Source: Acidobacteriota bacterium (lineage in GTDB: Bacteria > Acidobacteriota > Thermoanaerobaculia > UBA5066 > Gp7-AA6). From it: a DNA stretch of 64,000 bases. Below, in pieces: positions 54,889-63,398 of the stretch. The stretch lies in contig JBDTRB010000002.1 of the NCBI GenBank assembly GCA_039931865.1, forward strand, positions 5,589 through 69,588. Direction: 5' to 3'. Below the pieces are notes generated by a model, which saw nothing but the letters and a program-made list of their open reading frames with translations, had not been told where the DNA came from and searched no databases. Every line of letters starts with the position of its first letter. Positions within the stretch are counted from its first letter, which is position 1. The translations under genes were made by a program, and so were the position numbers.

Positions 54889-55434
54889 ATGCGACATCGC
54901 AGGCGGGAACACTGGAAGGGGGCGCTCGTGGGCCTCGTGGGCGGGGCGCTCGGGACGCTCGCGATGCAAGGGTACTGGATGGCGATGAGAGAGATCGCGG
55001 GGCGCGATCTGCGGAAGGCAAAAGCGAAGAAACCCGGCCCGCTGGATGACATGGCCTTGGCGGGAAATCAGCTCGCTGCCGGAGAGGCTTCGACCGAAGC
55101 CCTCGGCCGGATCGCGTACGAGACCGCAACCGGCGACGAACCGGAGAAGGCGGAAAAGCAGGCGCTGTCGACAGCGGTGCATTGGTCATTTGGCTGCGGG
55201 CAGGGCGCGCTCTACGGCGCAATCCGCGCCAACGCGGAGCCTCCGGATGCCCTCGGCGGGCTGGTGCTGGGGACGGCGCTCTGGGGATTCAGCGAGGTGG
55301 GACTGCCGGCGCTCGGCTTCGGGAAGGGTCCGACAGCGTACGCGGCGGAGGAGCACCTTTCAACCTGGGGCGCGCACGCGGTGTACGGCCTCACGGTTTC
55401 GACGGTGACGCAGCTCCTGGCAAAGCTTCTCTAG
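54889..55434 (+). CDS. Hypothetical membrane protein
   Basis: Internal ATG with GGAGG upstream. Hydrophobic segments GALVGLVGGALGTLAM, GGLVLGTALWGF and AHAVYGLTVSTV. Confidence 0.6.
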   Translation: MRHRRREHWKGALVGLVGGALGTLAMQGYWMAMREIAGRDLRKAKAKKPGPLDDMALAGNQLAAGEASTEALGRIAYETATGDEPEKAEKQALSTAVHWSFGCGQGALYGAIRANAEPPDALGGLVLGTALWGFSEVGLPALGFGKGPTAYAAEEHLSTWGAHAVYGLTVSTVTQLLAKLL

Positions 55435-55575
55435 GCCGGCAGGATTCTCCGGGACAGCAGTGTCCCGGGACGCTCCGGCCCGCTCGAGATCCGTGGGGCC
55501 GAGTTTCCGATCCGGGGACGATACCGGGAGTCCTCCCGCACCGGTAGACTCCCGGCATCGAAATCAGGAGGCTCC

Positions 55576-56313
55576 ATGATCACGAACCCGCAGAGCGGGA
55601 CCCGAGTGGACGAGATCGGCCCTGCGATTTTCCGGATTTCCACGCCGGTGACGGTGATTCCGGGCGGCTTCAGCTTCAACCAGTACCTCATCGCGGACGA
55701 GGATCCGGTGCTGTTTCACACGGGCCCGCGCCGGCTGTTTCCTCTGGTACGGGAGGCCGTCGATGCCGTGATGCCGGTCGAGCGCCTGCGGTGGATCGGC
55801 TTCTCCCACGTCGAGGCGGACGAATGCGGGTCTCTGAATGAATTTCTGGCGGTGGCGCCGTCCGCGGAACCGGTGTGCGGTCGGATCGCTGCGATGGTCT
55901 CCATGAACGATCTCGCGGATCGTGCCCCGCGCGCGCTCGCCGACGGAGAAGCGATGGACATCGGCCTCGGGCGACTTCGCTGGCTCGACGCGGCCCATCT
56001 GCCGCACGGCTGGGAGTGTGGCTATCTCTTCGAAGAGACGTCCGCGACTCTCCTCTGCGGGGACCTCTTCACGCAGCCCGGCGCCGTGCACGCCCCCGTG
56101 ACGGAGGGCGACATCCTCGGTCCGAGCGAAGCGATGCGCGCCCAGCTCGATTACTTTTCTCACTCCTCCCGCGCGCGTCCCCTGTTCGAGAAGCTCGCGG
56201 CAACGAACCCGCGGACTCTGGCGTGCATGCACGGGAGCGCCTGGACCGGAGATGGCCGCGCGCTTCTGATGGAGCTCGCGGACGTCCTCGCGCCGGCAGC
56301 TTCCGCGGGATAA
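55576..56313 (+). CDS. MBL-fold metallo-hydrolase / ODP-like di-iron domain protein
   Basis: FNQYLI.DEDPVLFHTG......V...V......L.WIGFSHVEADECGSLN is the pattern of the beta-lactamase-fold oxygen-binding di-iron family. Confidence 0.8.
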   Translation: MITNPQSGTRVDEIGPAIFRISTPVTVIPGGFSFNQYLIADEDPVLFHTGPRRLFPLVREAVDAVMPVERLRWIGFSHVEADECGSLNEFLAVAPSAEPVCGRIAAMVSMNDLADRAPRALADGEAMDIGLGRLRWLDAAHLPHGWECGYLFEETSATLLCGDLFTQPGAVHAPVTEGDILGPSEAMRAQLDYFSHSSRARPLFEKLAATNPRTLACMHGSAWTGDGRALLMELADVLAPAASAG

Positions 56314-56406
56314 ACCCGCGCGCTGGCTCTCGATCCGCGCCTCACACCCTGCGCCGCCGCGCGGCGGCGGAACAGGTGTAGATTGGCGCAAAACAGCGAG
56401 GCAACG

Positions 56407-57297
56407 ATGAAAACCCGTCGCGCGATCGCTCTGACGTGGGTGTTTCTTTCCTGCGGAGCGGCGTCTCTTATGGCCGCGGACGACGTGAAGGTCGCTCCGG
56501 GGGCGGTCGAGGACGAGCGCTCGTCCGACGCCCGCGGAGGCGGTCTGACGATCGGACTCAAACTGACGGGCGGATCACTCGCCGAGGTGAAGGCGATTCG
56601 CTGGCGCGTGAAGTCCGCGCGCGACGACCGGGGCACCAGCCTCTACAAGGCCTCGAAGGACGACAAGCCGCGCGACTTCGAGGAGTTCGCTCCCGACCGC
56701 CACCAGGAGCCGCGCCTCCTTCTTTCCAGCCCGAGCCGGGACGCTTCGACCGTCGATGTTTCCGGAGAGGTCGAGCTCTTCATCCCGGCGCGCGACGCGG
56801 CTACGAGGCAGCGCTTCGAAGGATTTCTGGGGCGGCTCGACAAGCCGGTCTCGAGCTCGTCGCTGAAGTCGGCGAAGGTCGAGGTCACCCCGTTGTCGGC
56901 GTCCGCATACAAGGAGCGCGAGCGGAAGAACCGGCCGAGCCCCGAAGACATCAAGGCCGAGGGAAAGAAGCACGGCGCCTCCGAGGCCGAGATCCAGCAG
57001 GCGATCAAGATGTTCGAGGCGCTCGCCGCGCTGGGCGGCGAGGCGCCGGGGGAGAACAGCATCCTGGTCGAGACGAAGGACCCGGAGGGCCGGATCATCT
57101 CGATCGATGTCGTCGCGGCGGACGGCACGGAGCTGCGGGCCCCCAGCCGGGGCAGCTCCGGGGCGAAGGAGGTCAAGCTGTTCAAGATCGACCTCGCCGA
57201 AAAGCCTCCCGCGAACGCCGCCCTCCTCGTCACGATGCGCACGTCGAAATCCGTCGTCACGGTTCCGCTCAGCTTCAAGGAGGTCGCACTCCCGTGA
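56407..57297 (+). CDS. Secreted hypothetical protein, paralogue A
   Basis: Signal MKTRRAIALTWVFLSCGAASLMA. It shares its architecture and C-terminal ..T(M/L)(R/K)TSKS...(V/I)P(L/F)S..(E/D)V.LP with the next ORF. Confidence 0.65.
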   Translation: MKTRRAIALTWVFLSCGAASLMAADDVKVAPGAVEDERSSDARGGGLTIGLKLTGGSLAEVKAIRWRVKSARDDRGTSLYKASKDDKPRDFEEFAPDRHQEPRLLLSSPSRDASTVDVSGEVELFIPARDAATRQRFEGFLGRLDKPVSSSSLKSAKVEVTPLSASAYKERERKNRPSPEDIKAEGKKHGASEAEIQQAIKMFEALAALGGEAPGENSILVETKDPEGRIISIDVVAADGTELRAPSRGSSGAKEVKLFKIDLAEKPPANAALLVTMRTSKSVVTVPLSFKEVALP

Positions 57298-58238
57298 GCC
57301 ACCCATTCGTCTCGATCGAGCGGGCTCGATGGACCGCCGCGCTCGCGGTCCTCGTCTTTGCGACTGCGATGTCGGGCTCCGCGGCGCCGGGAAGAAAAGG
57401 ACGGCTCTCCGCCGCATCCGCGACCGCGGCCGCCGCGCCGAAAGTGGAGATCTCGGTCGAGTCCCTTCTCGACCGGCGCACCACGGCGGACTTTCCGCAT
57501 TCGTCGCTCACGGTTTCCCTCGTGCTCCAGGGCGAGGACGCGCGCGCGGTCAAGGCCGCTCGGCCGCGCGTCACGCGGGCGGTGGACGACACCGGCAGGA
57601 GTGTTACGGAGACGACGATGGTGCGCGGATGGCAGGAGGCCCGCGGGGACGGGCTGGTGACGCCGCAGCTCGATCTCGGAAGTCCCTCGCGAAAAGCGAA
57701 GGCGCTCTCCGCCGTCGAGGGGGTCGTCGAGATGTATCTGCCCTCGCGAGACCCTGCCGCGACCGTGAAGATCGACCGGATCCTCTCCAGGAAAGACAAG
57801 CCTCTCGCGGTTCCGGCCCTCGCGAGCCTGAAGGTCCGTGTCCGGCCTCTCTCGAAGGCCGGGCTCGAACGAGAGAAGAAAGAAGCCGAGGCGAAGAAGA
57901 AGGCGCAGGCAGGGAACAAAAAGAAGGACGGCGTCGAAGGACTGGCCGAGGGTATCGCCGACGTGCTCGTCAGCACCATCGAGAGCCTGTTCTCCACCGT
58001 CGGAGAGAACGACCTCATCCTGAAGGTGGACGACCCCGGCGAAAAGATCTTCTCGTTCGAGCTCGCCGCGCCGGATGGGACTCCAATCTCCTCCTACGCC
58101 ACAACGAACCTCGAAGGATTTCGGATCATCCGGATGTTCGAGCCCATCCCGGCAAACGCCAATCTGCTGGTCCGATTGAAGACCTCCAAGTCGTTTGCCG
58201 AGATTCCGTTCTCGCTCGCGGACGTCAAGCTTCCCTGA
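57294..58238 (+). CDS. Secreted hypothetical protein, paralogue B
   Basis: GTG overlaps the upstream stop (GTGA), with AAGGAGG 8 nt upstream. Signal RARWTAALAVLVFATAMSGSA. Colinear with 56407..57297. Confidence 0.65.
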   Translation: MSHPFVSIERARWTAALAVLVFATAMSGSAAPGRKGRLSAASATAAAAPKVEISVESLLDRRTTADFPHSSLTVSLVLQGEDARAVKAARPRVTRAVDDTGRSVTETTMVRGWQEARGDGLVTPQLDLGSPSRKAKALSAVEGVVEMYLPSRDPAATVKIDRILSRKDKPLAVPALASLKVRVRPLSKAGLEREKKEAEAKKKAQAGNKKKDGVEGLAEGIADVLVSTIESLFSTVGENDLILKVDDPGEKIFSFELAAPDGTPISSYATTNLEGFRIIRMFEPIPANANLLVRLKTSKSFAEIPFSLADVKLP

Positions 58239-59463
58239 CCGGCGGCCACGCGCGGCCCCGGCGGACAGTCACTCCGGCGGCAGGGGCGGCTGGTACAGTA
58301 CCGAGGTGCCCAGGGCGAAGACACCGGAGCAAGAGCGCGAGCGGACGGACGAGAGTCTGCGCGCCGAGCGGGAGAAGGCCGACCTTGCCCTCCTCGAACG
58401 GCAGGCCGCGGTGGAAACCGACGCCGATCTGGTCGTGTTGCACGCGCGCGAGCAGGCGGACGCCCTCCTGATCGCCGCGAGAGAGCGAGCGGACGAGAAG
58501 CTGGAGGAGACGGCGCCCGCCCCGCAGACGGCATCGATCATCGCCGAAGAGCGCGTTCTCCAGGACGAAGCTCTCCGCGACGAGCGCGAGGCCGCCGACC
58601 AGGTCCTGGAACGGGAACGCGCGGCGAGCGCGCGGGCCCGCTGGCTGCTGGCGCCGCTCGAGCGGGACAAGACGGACAGGTATCTGCTGACCGAGCGGGA
58701 ACGCTCCGACGACGCGCTCGCCAACCGCGACGATTTTCTCGGAATCGTCAGCCACGACCTTCGAAACCTCCTCGGCGGGATCGCCGTGAGCGCGGAACAA
58801 CTCTCGGCGAGCGCGGTGCAGGGCACGGAGCGCAGGGAGACCCTCCTGGAAACGGCTCGAATTCAACGCTACTGCACGCGGATGGACCGGCTGATCGGGG
58901 ACCTGGTCGACGTCGCGAGCATCGACGCCGGGCGTCTCGCGATCACGTTGACTCGCGGCGACTGGTCCGCGCTCGTCGCGGAGGCGCTCGATATGTTCAC
59001 AGCGGCGGCGGCCGCGAAGGGCCTCTCGCTGCAGAGCGAGATCGTGGGGGGCTCGACGGTCTCGGAGTTCGACCATGACCGGATGCTTCAGGTGCTGGCG
59101 AATCTGCTCTCGAACTCGATCAAGTTCACCGCCGCGGGCGGGCAGATCCGAATTCGCGTCGAACGCGTCGCGGACGAAGTCCGTGTCTCCATCCATGACA
59201 CGGGCGTCGGCATCCCGGCCACGATGCTCGAGGCCGTGTTCGAGCGCTTCTGGCAGGTCGGAAAGAATGATCAGAGGGGCGTCGGACTCGGCCTCTACAT
59301 CTCGCGCTGCATCGTCGAAGCGCACCGCGGGAAAATCTGGGCGGAGAGCCCGGCCGGCGAGGGAAGTGCGTTCTGCTTCAACCTCCCGACCTCGCCGCTC
59401 GCAACTGGCGGAACATCGCCGGACGGACCCGGAGATTCGACCCTCGGCGCGGCTCCAAACTAG
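58195..59463 (+). CDS. Cytoplasmic sensor histidine kinase (coiled-coil N-terminus, HisKA + HATPase_c)
   Basis: H-box FLGIVSHDLRNLL, N-box LANLLSNSIKFT, G-boxes HDTGVGI and GVGLGLYISR. No TM segment. The start codon is uncertain because it overlaps the previous gene. Confidence 0.85.
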   Translation: MPRFRSRSRTSSFPDRRPRAAPADSHSGGRGGWYSTEVPRAKTPEQERERTDESLRAEREKADLALLERQAAVETDADLVVLHAREQADALLIAARERADEKLEETAPAPQTASIIAEERVLQDEALRDEREAADQVLERERAASARARWLLAPLERDKTDRYLLTERERSDDALANRDDFLGIVSHDLRNLLGGIAVSAEQLSASAVQGTERRETLLETARIQRYCTRMDRLIGDLVDVASIDAGRLAITLTRGDWSALVAEALDMFTAAAAAKGLSLQSEIVGGSTVSEFDHDRMLQVLANLLSNSIKFTAAGGQIRIRVERVADEVRVSIHDTGVGIPATMLEAVFERFWQVGKNDQRGVGLGLYISRCIVEAHRGKIWAESPAGEGSAFCFNLPTSPLATGGTSPDGPGDSTLGAAPN

Positions 59464-59692
59464 CGGCGCCCCCCCGGGCGGCGCGCACCCGACCCGTCGG
59501 ACATTCTCGAGATCTGGTGCCGGCGGTTCCCCGGCTTCAGAGAGTCGTTCCCGGATCGAGCGAGCGGGACACCGCCTTCGGCGGGCCCCCGGTTTCTTTT
59601 TGCCAGGCCTCGAGCCCGCCGACCAGCGCGGCCGCCACGAACCCCTTTTTTTCCAGCTCGCGCGCCACACGGGCGCTCGTGGCTTCGTCGGA

Positions 59693-61321
59693 TCAGGTGC
59701 AGTATGCGACGATCGACCGGTCGCGCTTCTGCTTCGCGGCCCAGGTCGCGGCGGCGTCAGGTGCGACGCGGACCCCGCCCGGAATGCCGGCCGGGTCCTT
59801 CTCGTAGCTCGACCTCGACCGCACGTCGAGAAGGAGCGGAGGATCGGGGCCGGCGAGCCGTTCCCGCAGCTCGGCCACCCCGACGCGGCGGGCGTCGCGG
59901 GCGTCGCGCGCCTGTTTTTCCTTCACTCTGAGGAGTCCGCTCGCGCTGGTGACCCGCTCTTCCGCAAGCGTCGCCGCCGAAAGCCGCCGCGCGTACCACG
60001 CGGTCAGCGGGGTGGCGGTCGAGCCATGCAGGATGACGGAGGCGGTTACGACGATGCCCGCGATCGCGAGGATCATCTCTGAACCGGGAACGCCGGCCTG
60101 AACCGCGAGCAGCGCGAGAAGAAGGGAAGCGAGCCCTCGCGGGCCGAACCACGCCAGGAACCGGCGAGCGCTCGAGGAGATGTCCGCGCGGCCGAGGACG
60201 ATCAACAGAGCGACCGGCCGGGCGATGAACAGAACCACGGCCGCGAGGCCCAGGGATGCCGCCAGAGGCACAGTTCCGATCATCGTGGAAAGCACCGCTC
60301 CGAAAAGGATGAACGCGAACAGCATGATCATCTCTGACGTCGCGTCGCCGAACTCGAGGAAACAGTCGCAAAGATCGAGGTCGAGCGCGGCGATCGCCGC
60401 TCCCGCCGCGAACGCGGCGAGGAAGCCGTCGCCGCCCACGGCCACCGCTCCCGAATAGGCCGCGAACACGAGGCCCATCCCGAAGAGCGCCTGGTACTCC
60501 CGGCGGATGCCGTATCGGCGGTCGATCCGCGTCATGAGCCAGGCTCCGGCAGCGCCCACGACGAACCCGATCGCCGGGCCGAGCAAGAGAAGCTTCGTCA
60601 GGAGAAGCGCCCAGGCTCCCATTCCCGAGACCTGCGCCCTGGCGACCGCGATCGCCACGAGCACGATGGGAAGGACGACCACGTCATTGGTCGCCGCCTC
60701 GACGGTCAACGCCTCGCGGATCGCGGAAGGGATTCTTTTGTCGCGGACCATGTCCCGGAGCACGACCGGATCGGTCGAGGAGAGGATGGCGCCGAGAAGG
60801 ACGGAGCCGGTCAGACCGATACCGAAGAGAAAGTGGACGGCGGTCGCGGTGATGGCGAGGCAGAGGAGAGTTCCGGGCCCGAGCAGCAGAGAGGGAATCA
60901 GCCACTCGCTTGCGGCTCGGTCGAACTTCATGCGGACGGCGTCCAGAAAGAGAACGAGGGCGAGCGTAATCGTCCCGACCGCCTCGAGCGTGGGCGAGTG
61001 CGGCATGATCGAGATCACCCCGAGTCCGCGGTCCCCCAGGAGAAATCCGACGCCGAGGAAGATGATCGGAAAAGAGATCGGCGCCCGGGAGACGACTCCC
61101 TCTGTCAACCCCGCGAAGACGAGGACGAAGGCGACCAGAGCGAGAATGACCAGGAAGCTGGGCACGGCGGGGATTGTATGGTCGGGGAGGGAACGGAAAT
61201 CGGGAATCGGGAATCGGATTCGCAGATCGGGCGATGAACGGAGTCGTTCGATTCTCGATTCTCGAACTCTCGATTGAAGATGGTGGGCCGGGTCGCGATC
61301 GAGTCGACCCGACGGGTTCAT
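59693..61321 (-). CDS. CPA1-family Na+/H+ antiporter fused to a C-terminal rhodanese domain that is cut by an in-frame TGA
   Basis: About 12 TM helices (..LGPGTLLCLAITA.., ..ILSSTDPVV..). The C-terminus LLLDVRS...Y......IPGGVRV......W......DRSIVAYCT ends at TGA. The first 100 codons of the tracked ORF are antisense to the ACT gene, so I use Met104 (alternative GTG near 61165). Confidence 0.8.
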   Translation of the reverse strand: MNPSGRLDRDPAHHLQSRVRESRIERLRSSPDLRIRFPIPDFRSLPDHTIPAVPSFLVILALVAFVLVFAGLTEGVVSRAPISFPIIFLGVGFLLGDRGLGVISIMPHSPTLEAVGTITLALVLFLDAVRMKFDRAASEWLIPSLLLGPGTLLCLAITATAVHFLFGIGLTGSVLLGAILSSTDPVVLRDMVRDKRIPSAIREALTVEAATNDVVVLPIVLVAIAVARAQVSGMGAWALLLTKLLLLGPAIGFVVGAAGAWLMTRIDRRYGIRREYQALFGMGLVFAAYSGAVAVGGDGFLAAFAAGAAIAALDLDLCDCFLEFGDATSEMIMLFAFILFGAVLSTMIGTVPLAASLGLAAVVLFIARPVALLIVLGRADISSSARRFLAWFGPRGLASLLLALLAVQAGVPGSEMILAIAGIVVTASVILHGSTATPLTAWYARRLSAATLAEERVTSASGLLRVKEKQARDARDARRVGVAELRERLAGPDPPLLLDVRSRSSYEKDPAGIPGGVRVAPDAAATWAAKQKRDRSIVAYCT

Positions 61322-61340
61322 CGCGGGGAAGGAGCCATCG

Positions 61341-61736
61341 ATGAGAGATCTCGCGATTCGGCTGAAACATCGGCCGGGCGCCCTTGCCGAGATGGGAGAG
61401 ACACTCGGCCGCGCGCGGGTCAGCGTCGAGGGGGGCGGGGCCTTCGCCGTCGGGGATGGAGGGATCGCGCACCTTCTCGTGGAGGACGGCGCCGCCGCGC
61501 GGAAGGCGCTCGCGGCCGCCGGGATCGAGGTGCTCGCGGACAGCGAGGTGCTGATCCAGCGTCTCGACCAGTCAAAGGCGGGCCAGCTCGGCGCGATCTG
61601 CCGCCGAATGGCGGACGCCGGCGTCAACATCGAAGCCCTCTACAGCGACCACGAGAATCGATTGATCCTGGTCGTCGATGACGTCGAACGGGGGAGGCGG
61701 GTCTCCGAAGAGTGGACCGCGGCGAACCGGCCCTGA
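61341..61736 (+). CDS. ACT-domain protein
   Basis: Two beta-alpha-beta-beta-alpha-beta-like halves: IRLKHRPGALAEMGETLGRARVSVEG and QRLDQSKAGQLGAICRRMADAGVNIEAL. Confidence 0.7.
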   Translation: MRDLAIRLKHRPGALAEMGETLGRARVSVEGGGAFAVGDGGIAHLLVEDGAAARKALAAAGIEVLADSEVLIQRLDQSKAGQLGAICRRMADAGVNIEALYSDHENRLILVVDDVERGRRVSEEWTAANRP

Positions 61737-61758
61737 CGCGTCGCTTCCCGGGAGAGCC

Positions 61759-63324
61759 TCAGCGTGCGGGCAGGGGGCGCCGGCCTCCGCGAACCCTCCC
61801 CTTTATCAGGGCGAGCGCGGTGAGCGCGGCGAGAAGCGCCAGTCCCGCTCCGATCCACATGACCCGGCGGAAGCCCCCGAGGAACGCGGACGTGATCGCT
61901 CCTCGAGCGGGGTCCCGCTCCGCGGCTGGAACGCCGGCCGGGAGCTCGATCGCGGCGAGCCTCGTCGACTGACTCTCGATCGCGGCGGCGAGCTCCGGCG
62001 GGACGCGCGAGGCGGAAAGCCGCTCGTGGAGCCCGTGCCGGAACTCGGACAGCATCACGAGGGACAGCACCGCCACCGAGATCAGCCCCGCTGTCCGCGA
62101 CACCGCGTTGTTGATCCCCGAGGCCGCCCCGGCGTGGCGGCCCTCGACGGAGCTCATCACCGTGGTCGTCAACGGAGCAACGCTCGTGGCCATCCCGAGT
62201 CCGAGCACGACCATCGCCGGAAAAAACGTCGTCCAGTAGCTTCCGCCGACCCCCGGCAGCGCGAACAGGGCAAACCCCGCGGAAGCGACGGCGGGTCCCG
62301 CGACGAGCGGGATCTTCGCGCCGATCCGGTCGAAGAGGCCTCCGGACCACCGGGAGAGGAGGAACATCAGGAGGATAAAGGGCAAAAGCGCAGCGCCGGC
62401 CTTTGCCGCCGAGTAGCCCTGGACCTGGATCAGGTTGAGAGGCAGGAAGAAGAACACTCCCGACAAGGCGGTATAGAGAAAAAGCGTCAGGAGGTTCGCC
62501 CCGGTGAAGTCGCGCGAGGAGAAAAGCGTCATAGGCAGCATGGGCTCCTCCGCGCGTTGCTCGACGAGGACGAACAGCGCGATCGAGAGCACACCTCCGG
62601 CAAGCGCCGCGAGCACAGCCGGGTGCCGCCATCCGAGATCCGAGGATTCGATGAGCGCGTAGACGAGACCTCCGAGTCCGAGTGTGGCGAGAGTCGCCCC
62701 GGGCCAGTCCACTCGTCCCTTCGCCGCTTCGTCGCGGCTCTCGGGCACCCGCCGGAACGTGATGACGAGGACTGCCGCGGCGAGAGGCACGTTGATGAAA
62801 AACGCCCACCGCCAGGACAGGTGATCGATCAGCCAGCCGCCGAGGACGGGACCGGCCGCGGCCGTGATCGCCGTAAATCCCGACCAGGTTCCGATCGCTC
62901 GTCCCCGCTCCCGGTTCGAAAAAGACGAAGCGAGAATCGCGAGGCTTCCCGGGACGAGCAGCGCGCCGCCCGCGCCCTGAACCCCTCGCGCGGCGATGAG
63001 ATGGCGCACGTCGGGAGCGAGCCCGCACCACACCGACGCTCCCGCGAAGAGAAGCGTTCCGGCCGCAAAGACACGACGGCGCCCGAACCGGTCTCCGAGC
63101 GAACCGCCCGCCAGAAGAAGCGCGGCGAGGAGAAGCGCGTACGCCTCGACGATCCACTGCACGTCCACGAGAGTGGCGCGAAATTCCGCCTGGATCGCGG
63201 GAAGCGCAACGTTCACCACGGTCCCGTCGATGAACGCCATGCTGGACCCGAGGATCGTCGCGGCGAGCACCCAGGCAGAGCCCACCTTCCGGTTGGCGGG
63301 GCGGGCGGGCATCGTGAGCGTCAC
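61759..63324 (-). CDS. MFS transporter, DHA2 (EmrB/QacA, 14-TMS) type
   Basis: MAFIDGTVVNVALPAIQ, LGDRFGRRRVF (motif A) and LIAARGVQGAGGALLVPGSLAIL. About 14 hydrophobic segments. Confidence 0.9.
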   Translation of the reverse strand: MTLTMPARPANRKVGSAWVLAATILGSSMAFIDGTVVNVALPAIQAEFRATLVDVQWIVEAYALLLAALLLAGGSLGDRFGRRRVFAAGTLLFAGASVWCGLAPDVRHLIAARGVQGAGGALLVPGSLAILASSFSNRERGRAIGTWSGFTAITAAAGPVLGGWLIDHLSWRWAFFINVPLAAAVLVITFRRVPESRDEAAKGRVDWPGATLATLGLGGLVYALIESSDLGWRHPAVLAALAGGVLSIALFVLVEQRAEEPMLPMTLFSSRDFTGANLLTLFLYTALSGVFFFLPLNLIQVQGYSAAKAGAALLPFILLMFLLSRWSGGLFDRIGAKIPLVAGPAVASAGFALFALPGVGGSYWTTFFPAMVVLGLGMATSVAPLTTTVMSSVEGRHAGAASGINNAVSRTAGLISVAVLSLVMLSEFRHGLHERLSASRVPPELAAAIESQSTRLAAIELPAGVPAAERDPARGAITSAFLGGFRRVMWIGAGLALLAALTALALIKGRVRGGRRPLPAR

Positions 63325-63398
63325 GCGCTCGTGAGGATTCTGCTTAAAAGTATTTCCGTCAAGGGAACTTTTTCCATCGCATCGCGTCTTTCATCGGG

